Below are positions 1-12,230 of a DNA stretch of 64,000 nt, in pieces. The notes below the pieces were generated by a model. That model made no database searches, was not told where the DNA came from, and saw only the letters and a list, made by a program, of their open reading frames with translations. The position numbers and the translations under genes were made by a program. The number at the start of each line of letters is the position of its first letter. Position 1 is the stretch's first letter. The stretch comes from the human T2T-CHM13v2.0 reference genome, Homo sapiens, in NCBI GenBank assembly GCA_009914755.4, contig CP086569.2, forward strand, positions 11,168,001 through 11,232,000, given 5' to 3'.

Positions 1-1615
1 CTCCATCCCACTCCATTTCACTCCATTCCATTCCACCCCACTCCACACAACTTCACTCTACTCCGCTGAATTCCATACCAGTCCATTCCTCTCTACTCCA
101 CTCCACTCCATTCCTTTCCATTCCATTCCGTTCCACTCCATTACACTCCACCCCACTCCACTGCAGTCCTCTCCATTCCACTCCATTCCATTCCATTCCA
201 CAGCAGTCCATCCATTCCACTCCACTCCACTCCATTCCATTCCACACTACTCCATTACACACCACTCCACTCCATTCCACACCACTCCAGTCCATTCCAG
301 TCTGCTCCATTATACGCCATTGCGCTGCATTCCACTCCACTCCACTCCAGTCCACTCCACTCCACTCCAGTCCACTCCTCTTCATTCGATTCCATTCCAT
401 TCCCTTCCATTCCTCTACACTCCACTCCACTCAACTCCACTCCAATCCACTCCTCTCCATTCCATACCATTCCGTTCTACACCATGTCTCTCCACTCCAC
501 TCATCTCCACTCCACACCACTCGTCTTCATTCCATTCCTTTCTAAAACTTTCCACTCCTATCTACTCCACTCCATTCCGCTCCATTCCACTCCATCCCAT
601 TCCATTCCACTCCATTCCACTCCACTGCACTACACCCCACTCCACTCAACTCCACTCCATTCCCTAAGAATCCATACCACTCCATTCCACTCCACTCTAC
701 TCCATTCCATTCCACTCCATTGCACTCCACTCCACTCAACTCCACTCCACTCCACTCCATTCCATTCCACTTCACCCCACTCCACTCCTCTCCATTCCAG
801 TTGTCTCCACTCCACTCCTCTCCATTCCTCTCCCTTCCACTCCACTCCACTCGACTCCACTCCTCTTCACTACACTCCATTCCACTCCACTCCACTCCAT
901 GCATTCCACTCCATTCCATTCCATTCCCGTGCACTCCATTCCATTTCATTCCACTCCACTCGATTCCATTCCATTCCCTTTCACTCCATTCCATTTCATT
1001 CCACTTCACTTGATTCCGTTCCACTCCCTTCCATTCCACTCCCTTCCATTCCACTCCAATCCATTCCATTCCATCCCATGGTATTCCACTCCATTTCACT
1101 CCCCTCCACTACACCCCAATCCACTCAACTCTACTCCATTGCATAAGAATCCATTCCACTCTATTCCACACCATTCCATTCCATTCCATTCCACTCCATT
1201 CCTCCCCATTCGACTCCATTCCACTCCCCTCCACTCCATCCCATTCCACTCCATTCTACTCCACTCCATTCCACTCCACTGCACTCCACTCCACTCCACT
1301 CAACTCCAGTCCACTCCAATCCACTCCACTCCATTCCGTTTTATTCCATTTCATTCCATTCCATTCCAATCCATTCCGTTCCATTCCATTCCATTCCTTC
1401 CCATTCCACTCCACTCCATTCCAATCCACCGCATTACACTCCAATCCACTCCACTCCACTCGATTCCACTACATTCCATTCCATTCCAACCCATTCCATT
1501 CCACTCCACTCCATTCCACTCTATTCCATTCCATTGCTTTCCATTCCATTCCACTCCACTCCACTTCACTCCACTCTCTTCCACTCCATTTCTTTCCACT
1601 CCATTCCATTCCATT

Positions 1616-1690
1616 CCTTTCTTTACACAGGATCTCTCTGCGTCAAAAAGTCGGAAGTGCAGAGGCACAATATCAGCTCACATTTATTTT
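1616..1690 (-). mobile_element. Alu 3'-end-derived spacer, subtype B
   Basis: T-rich tract + CACAGGATCTCTCTGCGTCAAAAAGTCGGAAGTGCAGAGGCACAATATCAGCTCACATTTATTTTCACC. This is the reverse complement of the Alu 3' end with CpG decay. Confidence 0.65.
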
Positions 1691-1864
1691 CACCATTCCA
1701 TTGCATTACATTCCATCCCACTGCTTTCCACTTTTTTTCACTCCACTCCACTCCATTCCATTCCACTCCATTCCATTCCATTCGACTCCATTGCACTCCA
1801 CTCCACTCTTTTCCACTGCACCTCACGCCACTCCATTTCATTTCATACCATTGCATTCCAATCC

Positions 1865-1935
1865 TTTCTTTTGACAGAATATCACTGTGTTACCAAGTTT
1901 GGAGTGCAGTGGCACAATCTCAGCTCACATTACCT
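1865..1935 (-). mobile_element. Alu 3'-end-derived spacer, subtype A
   Basis: TTTCTTTTGACAGAATATCACTGTGTTACCAAGTTTGGAGTGCAGTGGCACAATCTCAGCTCACATTACCTGCCAACTTTC. Confidence 0.7.
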
Positions 1936-4900
1936 GCCAACTTTCATTGCATTGCATTCTATTCCATTTCATTGAATTGCATTGCAAGTCATTACATTCC
2001 ATTGAACGGAATTGCCTTGCATTGCATACCATTTCATTCCACTGCACTCCATTTCATTCCATTCCACTCCACTCCACTCCACTACATTCCATTCCCTTTA
2101 ATTACAATCCACTCCACTCCACTCCATTCCACTCCAATGCACTCCACTGCACTCCCCTCCATTCTGTTCAATTCCTTTCCATTTCTTTCCATTCCACTGA
2201 GTTCCACTCCATTCCATTCCATCCCTTTTCAATCCACTGCACTCCACTCAGTTCCACTCCATTACACTCCATTCCATGCCATTGATCTCCACTCCACTCC
2301 ACTCCTTCCCACTCCAACTTACTCCACTCCAGATCATTCCATTCAATTCCCTTCCACTCCAATCCACTACACTCCATTCCATTCAATTCCACTCCATTCC
2401 AGTTCATTCCACCAAATTACACTCCATTCCACTTCATTTCACTTCAATCCACTCCACTCCATTCCGTTCCCCTCCATTCCATGCCATTGCTCTCCACTGA
2501 ACTCCACTCCACTCCACTCCTTTCCACTCCAACCCACTCCAGTCCAGTCAATTCCACTCAATTCCATTCCACTCCACTCCATTCTACTTCATTCCATTCC
2601 AATCCTTTTCCCTCCACTCCATTTCATTCCACTCCACTCCATTCCATTCCACTCCTCTCCATTCCATTCCTGTGCACTCCACTCCACTCCACTCCATTCC
2701 ATTCCATTCCACTCCACTCCACACCACTCCATTCCATTCGATTACATTCCTTTCCACTCCACTCCACTGCACTCCATCCTAGTCCACTCTACTCCATTCA
2801 ATTCCATTCCATTCCATTCCACTGCACTCCACTCAACACCACTCAATTCCTCTACATTCCACTCCTCCATTCCATTCCATTCCCTTCCATTCAATTCCCC
2901 TCCACTCCACTCCAATGCACACCACTCCATACGACTCCACTCCATTCCAATCCAGTCCATTCCATTCTATTCCACTCCATTCCATTCCACTCCACCCAAT
3001 TCCATTCCAGTCCACTCCACCCCCCTCAACTACACTCCATTCCATTCCATTCCACTACACACCCCTCCACTCCATTCCATTAATTCCATTTCCCTCCACT
3101 ACTCTCCAGTCCATTGCTTTCCATTCCATTCCACTCCATTCCACTCCACTCCCCTCCAATCCATTCCACTCCATTCTTTTCCACTCCACTGCACTCCACA
3201 CTAGTCAACTCCACTCCACTCAATTCCATTCCATTGCATTCCACTGCAGTCTACTCAATTCCTCTCCACTGCACTCCTCCAATCCATTCCATTCCTTTCC
3301 ATTGCATTCCACTCCACTGCACTCCGATGCACAGCATGCCATTCGACTCCGCTTCACTCCAATGCAGTCCATTCCGTTCCATTCCATTCCACTCCATTCT
3401 ATTCCACTCCACCCAATTCCATTCCATTCCACTCCACTCCACTCCACTCAACTCCACTCCATTCTATTCCTTTCCAGTCCACTCCACACCACTCCATTCC
3501 ATTCCTTCCATTCCACTACACTCCCCTCCACTACATTCCATTCCACTCCATTCCCCTCTACTCCACTACACTCCATTGCATTCCATTTCATTCCACTCCA
3601 ATCCACTCCACTCCCCTCCACTCCTCTCCATTATTTTCAACTCCACTCCATTTCATTCCACTCAATGCTATTCCGTTTCACTCTGCTCTATTCCATTTCA
3701 TTCCATTCCATTCTATTCCATTCCATTCCATTCCATTCTTCTCCATTCCATTCCACTCCATTCCATTCCACTCCACTCCATTTCATTCCACTCCACTCCA
3801 CTCCCCTCCTATCCATTATACAATACTCCACGCCACTGTAAACCATTTCACTCCATTCCATTCGACTGCACTCATTCCATTCCACTTCACTCCATTCCAC
3901 TCCGTTCCACTCCACTCCAGTCCATTCCATTCCATTCCATTCCACTCCGTTCCACTCCTCTGCATTCCACTCCTCTCCATTCCTCTCCACTCCATTCCAC
4001 TGAACTCCACTTCCTTCCACTCCAGTACACTCCAATCTACTTCAGTCCACTCTACTCCATTCCAGTCCTCTCCACTCCACTCCATTCCATTCCTATCCAT
4101 TACACTGCACTGTGGTCCACTCCAATCTACTCCAATCCATTCCGTTCCGTTTTCTTCTGATCTGTTCCATTCTGCTCTGTTCCACTTAACTCCACTCCAC
4201 TCCACTGCATTCCATTACATCCGATTACATTCCACTCCATTAAACTCATCTCCACTCTACTACTCTCCACTCCACTCCATTCCACTCTATCGCATTCATT
4301 TCTGTTCCATTCCACTGCACTCCATTCCACCCCACATCCCTCTTCTTCATTCCATTCCATTCCAGTCCACACCATTCCATTCCTTTCCATTCCATTCCAT
4401 TCCATTCCACTCCACACCTCTCCACTAAACTCCACTCCATTCTATTCCATTCCATTCCATTCCATTACAATCCACTCCACTCCACTAATTCCCACTCCAA
4501 TCCACTCCACTCCATTCCATTCTGTTTCATTAAATTCCAGTCCATCCCATTCCAATCTACTCCATTCCATTCCATTCCACTCCAATCGACTCCACTACAC
4601 TCCATTCCACTACATTCCAATACATTGCATGCCATTCCAGTCAACTCCAATCCAACCCAGTCCACTCCAGTCCACTCCACGATATTCCATTCCACCCCAC
4701 TGCACTCCACTCCATTCCAATTCACTCCATTGCTATCCTTTCAATTCCACTCCATTCCATTCCACTCCCCTCCATAATATTCCACTCTGCTCCATTCCAT
4801 TCCAGTGCACTCCACTTCATTCCATTCCACTCCACTCCACACCACTCCATTCCATTCCACTCCTTTCGTTTCCACTCACCTGCACTCCACTCCACACTAG

Positions 4901-4966
4901 TCAAATCCACTCCACTTCTCCATTCCATTGCAATCCTTTCCATTCCATTCCACTCCACTCTACTCC

Positions 4967-5036
4967 AATGAAATGGAATAGAGGGGAATCGAATGGAATG
5001 GAGTGGAATGGAATTCCACTGAATGGAATGGAAAGT
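4967..5036 (-). repeat. Short strand-switch (inverted satellite segment): GGAAT-strand pentamers on the + strand
   Basis: AATGAAATGGAATAGAGGGGAATCGAATGGAATGGAGTGGAATGGAATTCCACTGAATGGAATGGAAAG lies inside an otherwise uniformly ATTCC-oriented array. It creates a GGAATTCC palindromic junction near 5010. Confidence 0.8.
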
Positions 5037-5929
5037 CAGCTTTCCATAGCTTTTCAGTCTATTCCATTTCCTTCCATTCCATTCCACTGCATTCCATTCC
5101 ATGCCATTCCATTCCATTCTATTCCATTCCATTGCACTACACTCCACAACACTTCAATCCACTCCACTCCACTCCATTCCACTCCACTCCAGTCCACTCC
5201 ACAATGCTCCACTCCACTCCACTCCATTCCACTCTACACCACTCCACTCCATTCTATTCCACTCCACTCCACGCCACGCCAGTCCACTCCACTCCATTCC
5301 ACTCTACTCCTATCCCTTTCATTCTATTCCACTCGACTCCACTCCACTCCACTCGAATCCATTCCACTCCACTCCACTCCATTCCTTTCCATTCTATTCC
5401 ACTCCAATCCACTCCATTCCACTCCTTTCCATTTCATTCTATTCAATTCCATTCCATTCAACTCCACTCCAATCCAGTACATTCCACTGCACTCCAATTT
5501 ACTCCATTCCATTCCATTCCACTGCATTCCACTCCATTTCACTCCACTCCATTCCACTCTACTGCAATCCATTCCATTCCATTCCAATCCAATCTATTCC
5601 ATTGCACTCCACTCCATTCCACTCCTCTCCACTCCACTCAACTCCATTCCATTCCACTCAACTCCATTCCACTCCACTCCATTCCGTTCCACTACACTCC
5701 ATTTCATTCCACTGCAATCCATTCCATTCCATTCCACTCCATTCCCCTCCATCCCATTCCTTTCAATTCCATTCCTTTCCACTGCACTCCACTCCACTAA
5801 ACTCCATTCCATTGCTTTCCGTTCTATTCCAGTCCATTCCAATCTATTCCACTCCATTCCATTCCACTCCACTCCTTTCCATTTCATTTCATTCCATTCC
5901 ATTGCAATCCCTTACATTCCACTCCATGC

Positions 5930-5997
5930 TTTCAAAAGGATCTCCTTCTGTCACACAGGCTGTAGCACAATAGCACAATCTCAGCACACATTTCTTT
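5930..5997 (-). mobile_element. Alu 3'-end-derived spacer, subtype D
   Basis: GGATCTCCTTCTGTCACACAGGCTGTAGCACAATAGCACAATCTCAGCACACATTTCTTTTCACC. Confidence 0.65.
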
Positions 5998-6205
5998 TCA
6001 CCATTCCATTCCATTCCATTCCATTCCATTCCATTCCATTCCATTCCACTCCACTCCTTTCCACTACACTCCACTAGACTCCACTCCTTTCCATTCCAAT
6101 CTACTCCACTCCACTCCACTCAATTTCATTCCATCACATTGCATTCCACTCCTTTCTACTCCACTGCACACCAGTCCTTTCCATGGCACTGCAATCCATT
6201 CCAAT

Positions 6206-6282
6206 ATTTTCTTTTGACAGGATTACTCTATCACCCAAGCTGGAGTGCAGTGGCACAATCTCAAGTCACATTTCATTTCACC
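6206..6282 (-). mobile_element. Alu 3'-end-derived spacer, subtype C1
   Basis: TTTTCTTTTGACAGGATTACTCTATCACCCAAGCTGGAGTGCAGTGGCACAATCTCAAGTCACATTTCATTTCACC. Confidence 0.7.
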
Positions 6283-6375
6283 ATTCTATTCCATTCAATT
6301 CCTCTACATTCCTTTCCATTCCACTCCTCTCCATGACTCTTCACTCCATTCCATTCTAATCCATTCCATTCCATT

Positions 6376-6455
6376 CTTTTATTTCGAATGTATCATACTC
6401 TGTCACCCAGACTGGAGTGCAGTAGCACAATCTTAACTCAACTTTCATTTCACCA
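6376..6455 (-). mobile_element. Alu 3'-end-derived spacer, subtype C2
   Basis: TTTTATTTCGAATGTATCATACTCTGTCACCCAGACTGGAGTGCAGTAGCACAATCTTAACTCAACTTTCATTTCACC. Confidence 0.65.
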
Positions 6456-7293
6456 TTCCATTCCATTCCATTTCATTCCGTTCCATTCCATTCCATTCCA
6501 TTCCATTCCATTCCATTCCATTCCAGTCCAGTCCACTTCACTCCACTCTACTCCATTCCACTCCACACCACTCTAATCCACTCCATTCCATTCCACTACA
6601 CTCCATTCCATTCCATTCCATTCCACTCCACTGCAGTCCACACCACTCCACTACATTCCACTCCATTGCACTCCACTCCACTCCCTTCTATTTCACTCCA
6701 TTCCACTCCATTCCATTCCAATTCAGTCCATTCCATTCCGTTCCACTCAATTCCACTCCATTCAATTCCATTCCATTCCACTCAACTCCACTCCATTAAT
6801 TCCACTCCTCTCAATTCCATTCCATTCCCCTCCACTCCATTCCATTTCATTCTGTTCCATTCCATTCCAATCCTTTTGTCTCCAGCCCATTCCATTCCAC
6901 TCTATTCCAATCGAATTCACTCCTTTCCATTCCACCCCATTTGACTCCACTCCACTGTATTCCACTCCGCTCCACTCCACTGCATTCCACTCCACTCCAT
7001 TCCACTCCACTCCATTCCACTCTACTCCACTCCACTCAACTCCATTCCATTCCCTTCAATTCCATTGCACTCCACTCAATTCCATTCCAGTACACTCCAT
7101 TTCATTCCACTCCTATCCATTCCATTCCATTCCACTCCATTCCATTCCATTCCACTCAACTGCACTCCATTCCACTCCATTCCATTTCATTCCATTCTAT
7201 TCCACTCCCTTCCACTCTACTCCACTACACTCCATTCCACTCCCCTTCATTCCATTTCATTCCATTCCATTGCAATCGCTTACATTCCACTCC

Positions 7294-7368
7294 TTTCTTT
7301 CCAAAGGATCTCCCTCTATCACACAGGCTGTAGCACAGTGGTACAATCTCAGCACACATTTCTTTTCA
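7294..7368 (-). mobile_element. Alu 3'-end-derived spacer, subtype D
   Basis: D-type signature (GGATCTCCCTCTATCACACAGGCTGTAGCACAGTGGTACAATCTCAGCACACATTTCTTTTCACC). Confidence 0.65.
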
Positions 7369-7548
7369 CCATTCCATTCCATTCCATTCCACTCCTCTCC
7401 ACTCCTTTCCACTACACTCGACTAGACTCCACTCCATTCCATTCCAATCTGCTCCACTCCACTCAATTTCAATCCACCCCATTCCATTCCACTCCTTTCA
7501 ACTCCACTCCACACCATTCCATTCCATGCCAGAGCAATCCATTGCAAT

Positions 7549-7625
7549 ATTTTCTTTCGACAGGATTACGCTGTCACCCAAGCTGGAGTGCAGTGGCACA
7601 ATCTCAAGTCACATTTCATTTCACC
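7549..7625 (-). mobile_element. Alu 3'-end-derived spacer, subtype C1
   Basis: C1-type signature. Near-identical to the copy at 6206, forming part of a ~1.35 kb tandem duplicate. Confidence 0.7.
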
Positions 7626-7717
7626 ATTTTATTGCATTCAATTCCCCTACATTCCATTCCATTCCACTCCACTCCATGATTCTTGACTCCACTCCATTCT
7701 ACTCCATTCCATTCCAT

Positions 7718-7795
7718 TCTTTTATTTCGAATGTATCACATTTTGTCACCCAGACAGGGGTTCAGTAGCACAATCTTAACTCAACTTCCATTTCA
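7718..7795 (-). mobile_element. Alu 3'-end-derived spacer, subtype C2
   Basis: C2-type signature. Near-identical to the copy at 6376. Confidence 0.65.
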
Positions 7796-9180
7796 CCATT
7801 CCATTCCATTCCATTTTATTCCACTCCATTCCATTCCATTCCACTCCACTCCACTCCAGTCCACTCCACTATATTCCACCCCATTCCACTCCACTCAACT
7901 CCCTTCTATTTCTCTCCATTCAACTCCATACCATTGCAATTCACTCCATTCCATTCCGTTCCACTCCATTCAATTCTATTTCATTCCACTCAATTCCAGT
8001 CCATTAGTTCCACTCCACTCTATTCCATTCCATTCCACTCTTCTCCATTCCATTCCTTTCCATTCCAGTGCTTTTGACTCCAACCCATTCAATTCCACTC
8101 TATTCCAATAGAATCCTCTCCTTTCCATTCCACCCCATTTCACTCCATTTGACTCCATCTCCACTGCATTCCACTCCACTCCACTCCATTCCACTTCACT
8201 GCATTCCATTCCATTGCATTCCAATTCATTCCATTCGACTCCACTACACTCCATTCCACTGAAATCCATTCCACTCCACTCCATTCCACTCCAATCCCTT
8301 CCCATCCACTCCATTCCACTCCATTCCTTTCCATTCTATTCCACTCCAATCCACTCCATTCCACTACATTCCATTCCATTCCATTCCATTCCATTGAACT
8401 CCACTCCAGTCGAGTCCCTTCCACTCCTCTCTTCTCCTTTCCATTCCATTCCATTCCATTCCACTCCTTTCCACTACATTTGACTCCACCCCATTCCACT
8501 CCACTGCAATGTATTCCATTCCATTCCTTTCTAATCCAATCTATTACATTCCACTCCACTCCACTCAATTCCATTCCATTCCACTCCATTCCATTCCAAT
8601 CCACTCCATTCCATTACACTCCATTTCTTTCCACTCCATTCCATTCCATTACATTCCACTCCATTCCACTGCATTCGATTCCACTCCACTGCACTCCACT
8701 CCACACCACTCCAATCCATGGCATTCCATTCCATTCCACTCCCCTCCATTCCACTCCGATCCACTTCATTCAACTCCACTCCATTCCACTCAACTCCACT
8801 CCATTCTATTCCATTCTACTCCTCTCCATTTCATTGCACTCCACTCCATTCCTTTCCATTCCATTCCACTGTAGTCCTCTCTACTCCTTTCTCTTCCCTT
8901 CCATGCAACTCCAATACACTCCATTCCAGTCCACCCTACTCCACTCCATTCCACTCCTCTCCACTCCACTCCACTATGCTTTAATCCACTAAACTACACT
9001 GAACTACATTCCATTCCACTCCACTCCACTTCACTCAACTCCACTACTCTACACTCCATTCCATTTCATTCCACTTCATTGCACTCGAATCCACTCCATT
9101 CCATTCAATTCCATTCCACTCCATTCCTGTCCACACCACTCCCCTCCACTCCAGTGGATTCCAATCCATTCCATTCCATT

Positions 9181-9260
9181 CCTTTCTTTCCACAGGATGT
9201 CTCTCTGTCACAAACGCTGGAGTGCAGTGGCATCATCTCCGCTCACATTTCTTTTCACCA
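9181..9260 (-). mobile_element. Alu 3'-end-derived spacer, subtype B
   Basis: CCTTTCTTTCCACAGGATGTCTCTCTGTCACAAACGCTGGAGTGCAGTGGCATCATCTCCGCTCACATTTCTTTTCACC. Confidence 0.7.
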
Positions 9261-11460
9261 TTCCATTGCATTCCCTTCCATCCCATTCCATTCAACTCTA
9301 TTACACTCCACTCCAATCCATTCCATTCCAATCCACTCCATCCCATTCCTTTTGACTCAATTCTACTCCACTCCACAACACTCTTCTCCACACCACTGCA
9401 CACCACTCCATTCCATTCCATTCCTTTCAATTACACTCCACTCCACAACACTCCTTTCCATTCCAATCCATTCCTTTCCACTCCATTCCATTCCACTCCA
9501 TTCCACTGCACTCCATTCCACTCCACTGCATACCACTCCACTCCACACTACCCCACTCCTCTCCATTACACTCCACTAGGCTCCACTCCACTCCAGTCCA
9601 TTCCACTCCACTCCACTCCACTACAGTCCACTGCATTTTACTACACTATACTACACTCCAATCCATTCCATTACAGTCCACTCCATTCCTTTCCACTCCT
9701 CTCCATTCCAATCCACTCCATGCCATTCCACTCCACTCTACTCCATTCCGTTCCACTCCACTCCATTCCACTCCACTTCACTCCATGCCTATTTACTCCT
9801 TTCCTCTCCAATCCATTCCATTCTATTTCCCTTCACTCCACTCCACTCCATTCCACTCCAATTCACTCCACTAAACTCCATTCCAGTCCACTACACTCCA
9901 TTCCAGTGCACACCACTCCACTCCAGTCCATTCTATTCCACTCCTCTCCATTCCTTTCCATGCAACTCCATTCTACACCACTGCACTCCAATCCAATCCA
10001 TTCCAGTCCACTCCACTACACTCCATTAATTCTACTCCAGTCCACTCCACTCCATTCGATTCCATTCCACTCCTCTCCACTCCCTTCCGTTCCATTCTAC
10101 TCCACCCCATTCCATTCCGTTACACACCATTCCACTCCACTCTATTCCACTCCACTCGACTCCACTTCACTCCACTCCATTCCATTCCATTCCATTCCTT
10201 TCCACTCTACTCCATTCCACACCACTCCACTCCATTACACTCCACTGCACTGTATTTCATTGCACTCCACTCCATTCCAATCCCCTCCATTCCATTCTGT
10301 TCCAATCGACTCCATTACACTGCACTCCACTCTATTCCACTCCACTCCACTCCAATCAAATCTATTCCAATCCTTTCCACTCCACTACATTCCACTCCAC
10401 TGCACTCCATTCCATACCATTCCATTCCTTTGCACTCCACTCCACTACACTGCACTACAATACTCTCCATTCCAGTCCACTCCACTCCATTCCACTCCAC
10501 TCCACTCCATTCCAATTCACTCCACCCCATTCCATTCCTCTCCACTCTATTCCATTTCATTTCTCTCCATTGCATTCCATTCCATTCCATTCCATTCCAT
10601 TCCATTCCACTTCATTCCACTCCATTCCATTCCACTCCACTCCATTCCAGTCCACTTCTTTCCAATCCACTCCACTCCACTCCACTCTAATCCATTTCAT
10701 TCCAATACACTCCAATCCACTCCACTCCCCTCCACTTGATTCCATTCTACTCCACTCCACCCTACTAAACTCCATTCCACTCCACTCCACTCCAATCCAC
10801 TCCTTTGCATTCCACTCCACTCCAATCCACTCTACTCCATTCCACTCTGCTCCATTTCAATCCAATCCATTCCAGTCCATTCCATTCCATTCCACTCTTC
10901 GCCATTCCATTCCACTCCATGCCATTCTGCTCCACTCCACTCCATTCCATTCCACTCCACTCCATTTCTCTCAACTGCACTCCACTCTACACCTATCCAT
11001 TTCATTCCACTCCACTCCACTGCATTCCATTCCACTCCTCTGCACTCCACTCCATTTCACTCCAGTACACTCCATTCCACTCCACTCCACTCTGCTTCAC
11101 TCCACTCAGCTCCATTCCTTGCCACTCCACTCTACTCCATTCCACTCCAATCTACTCCATTCCACTTCACTCTACTCCATTCCACTCCACTGCACTCCAT
11201 TTCATTCCAATCCCCTCCATTCCAGTCCACTCCACTCCATTCCATTCCAGTCCACTACACTCCACTCTATTCCACTCCTCAGTACTCCAATTCAATCTAC
11301 TCCACTCAATTCCACTCCAATTTATCCCAGTCCAGTCCACTCCGTTCCATTCCATTCCATTCCATTGCACTCCACTCCACTACACTACACTACGCTACAC
11401 TACACTACTCTCCATTATAGTCCATTCCACTCCATTTCAGTCGACTCCACTCCACTCCAC

Positions 11461-11700
11461 TCCATTCTATTCCACTCCATTCCATTCCATTCCACTCCAC
11501 CCTATGCCATTCCATTCCTCTCCATTCCATACTCTTCCATTCCATTACATTCAACTCCATTCCACTCCACTCCACTCCACTCCATTCTATTCCACTCCAT
11601 TCCATTCCATTCCACTCCACCCTATGCCATTCCACTCCTCTCCATTCCATACTCTTCCATTCCATTACATTCAACTCCATTCCACTCCACTCCACTCCAT
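11461..11700 (+). repeat. Near-exact tandem duplication, 2 x 120 bp
   Basis: 11461-11580 and 11581-11700 are identical apart from 1-2 mismatches. The overlapping track ORFs repeat the same 40-aa block twice. Confidence 0.9.
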
Positions 11701-11889
11701 TCCATTCCATTACTGTCCACTCCACTCCACTCCATTCCATTTCATTCCACTCCATTCCACTCCACTCCACACCCTTCCATTCCATTCTACTCCAATCCAT
11801 TCCACTCCATTCTATTCCATTCCACTCCATTCCACTCCACTGCACTCCCCTCACTTCCAGGCCATTCCATTCCACTCCATTCCATTCCA

Positions 11890-11970
11890 TTGCTTTCTTT
11901 CCACAGGATCTCTCTCTGTCAAAAGGGCTGGAGTGCAGTTGCACAGTATCAGCTCTCATTTCTTTTCACC
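11890..11970 (-). mobile_element. Alu 3'-end-derived spacer, subtype B
   Basis: B-type signature read directly. Confidence 0.7.
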
Positions 11971-12143
11971 ATTCCTTTGCATACCATTCCATAGAATTCC
12001 ACTCCACGCTTTTTCACTCCACTCCACTCCACTCCACACCACTTCCACTCCACTCCTTTGCACTCCACTGCACCCCACTTCACTCATTTCTACTCCACTT
12101 CACGCCATTTCATTCCATTCCATTTCACACCAATGGATTCTAT

Positions 12144-12230
12144 TCTTTCTTTTGACAACATATCACAGTGTCAGCCAGGGTGGAGTGCAGTGGTACAATC
12201 TCAGCTCATATGACAGGCCAACTTTCCATT
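12144..12230 (-). mobile_element. Alu 3'-end-derived spacer, subtype A
   Basis: A-type signature, followed by a (GCATT)n micro-array. Confidence 0.65.

Larger units (their letters stand above)
5930..8660 (+). repeat. Tandem duplication of a ~1.35 kb D-C1-C2 spacer-bearing block, two copies
   Basis: Spacers at 5930, 6206 and 6376 recur at 7294, 7549 and 7718, offsets 1342-1364 bp, with matching subtype-specific sequence. Confidence 0.7.

Noticed and set aside
1616-1690. Poly-T tracts (TTTCTTTC) upstream of spacers as terminators or promoter elements
   Set aside because: They are the decayed antisense poly-A tail of the ancestral Alu fragment, not independent regulatory signals.
5005-5016. 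GGAATTCC at the inversion junction read as a functional site (NF-kB-like / EcoRI)
   Set aside because: It arises trivially where GGAAT- and ATTCC-oriented pentamers meet. There is no supporting context for a regulatory role.
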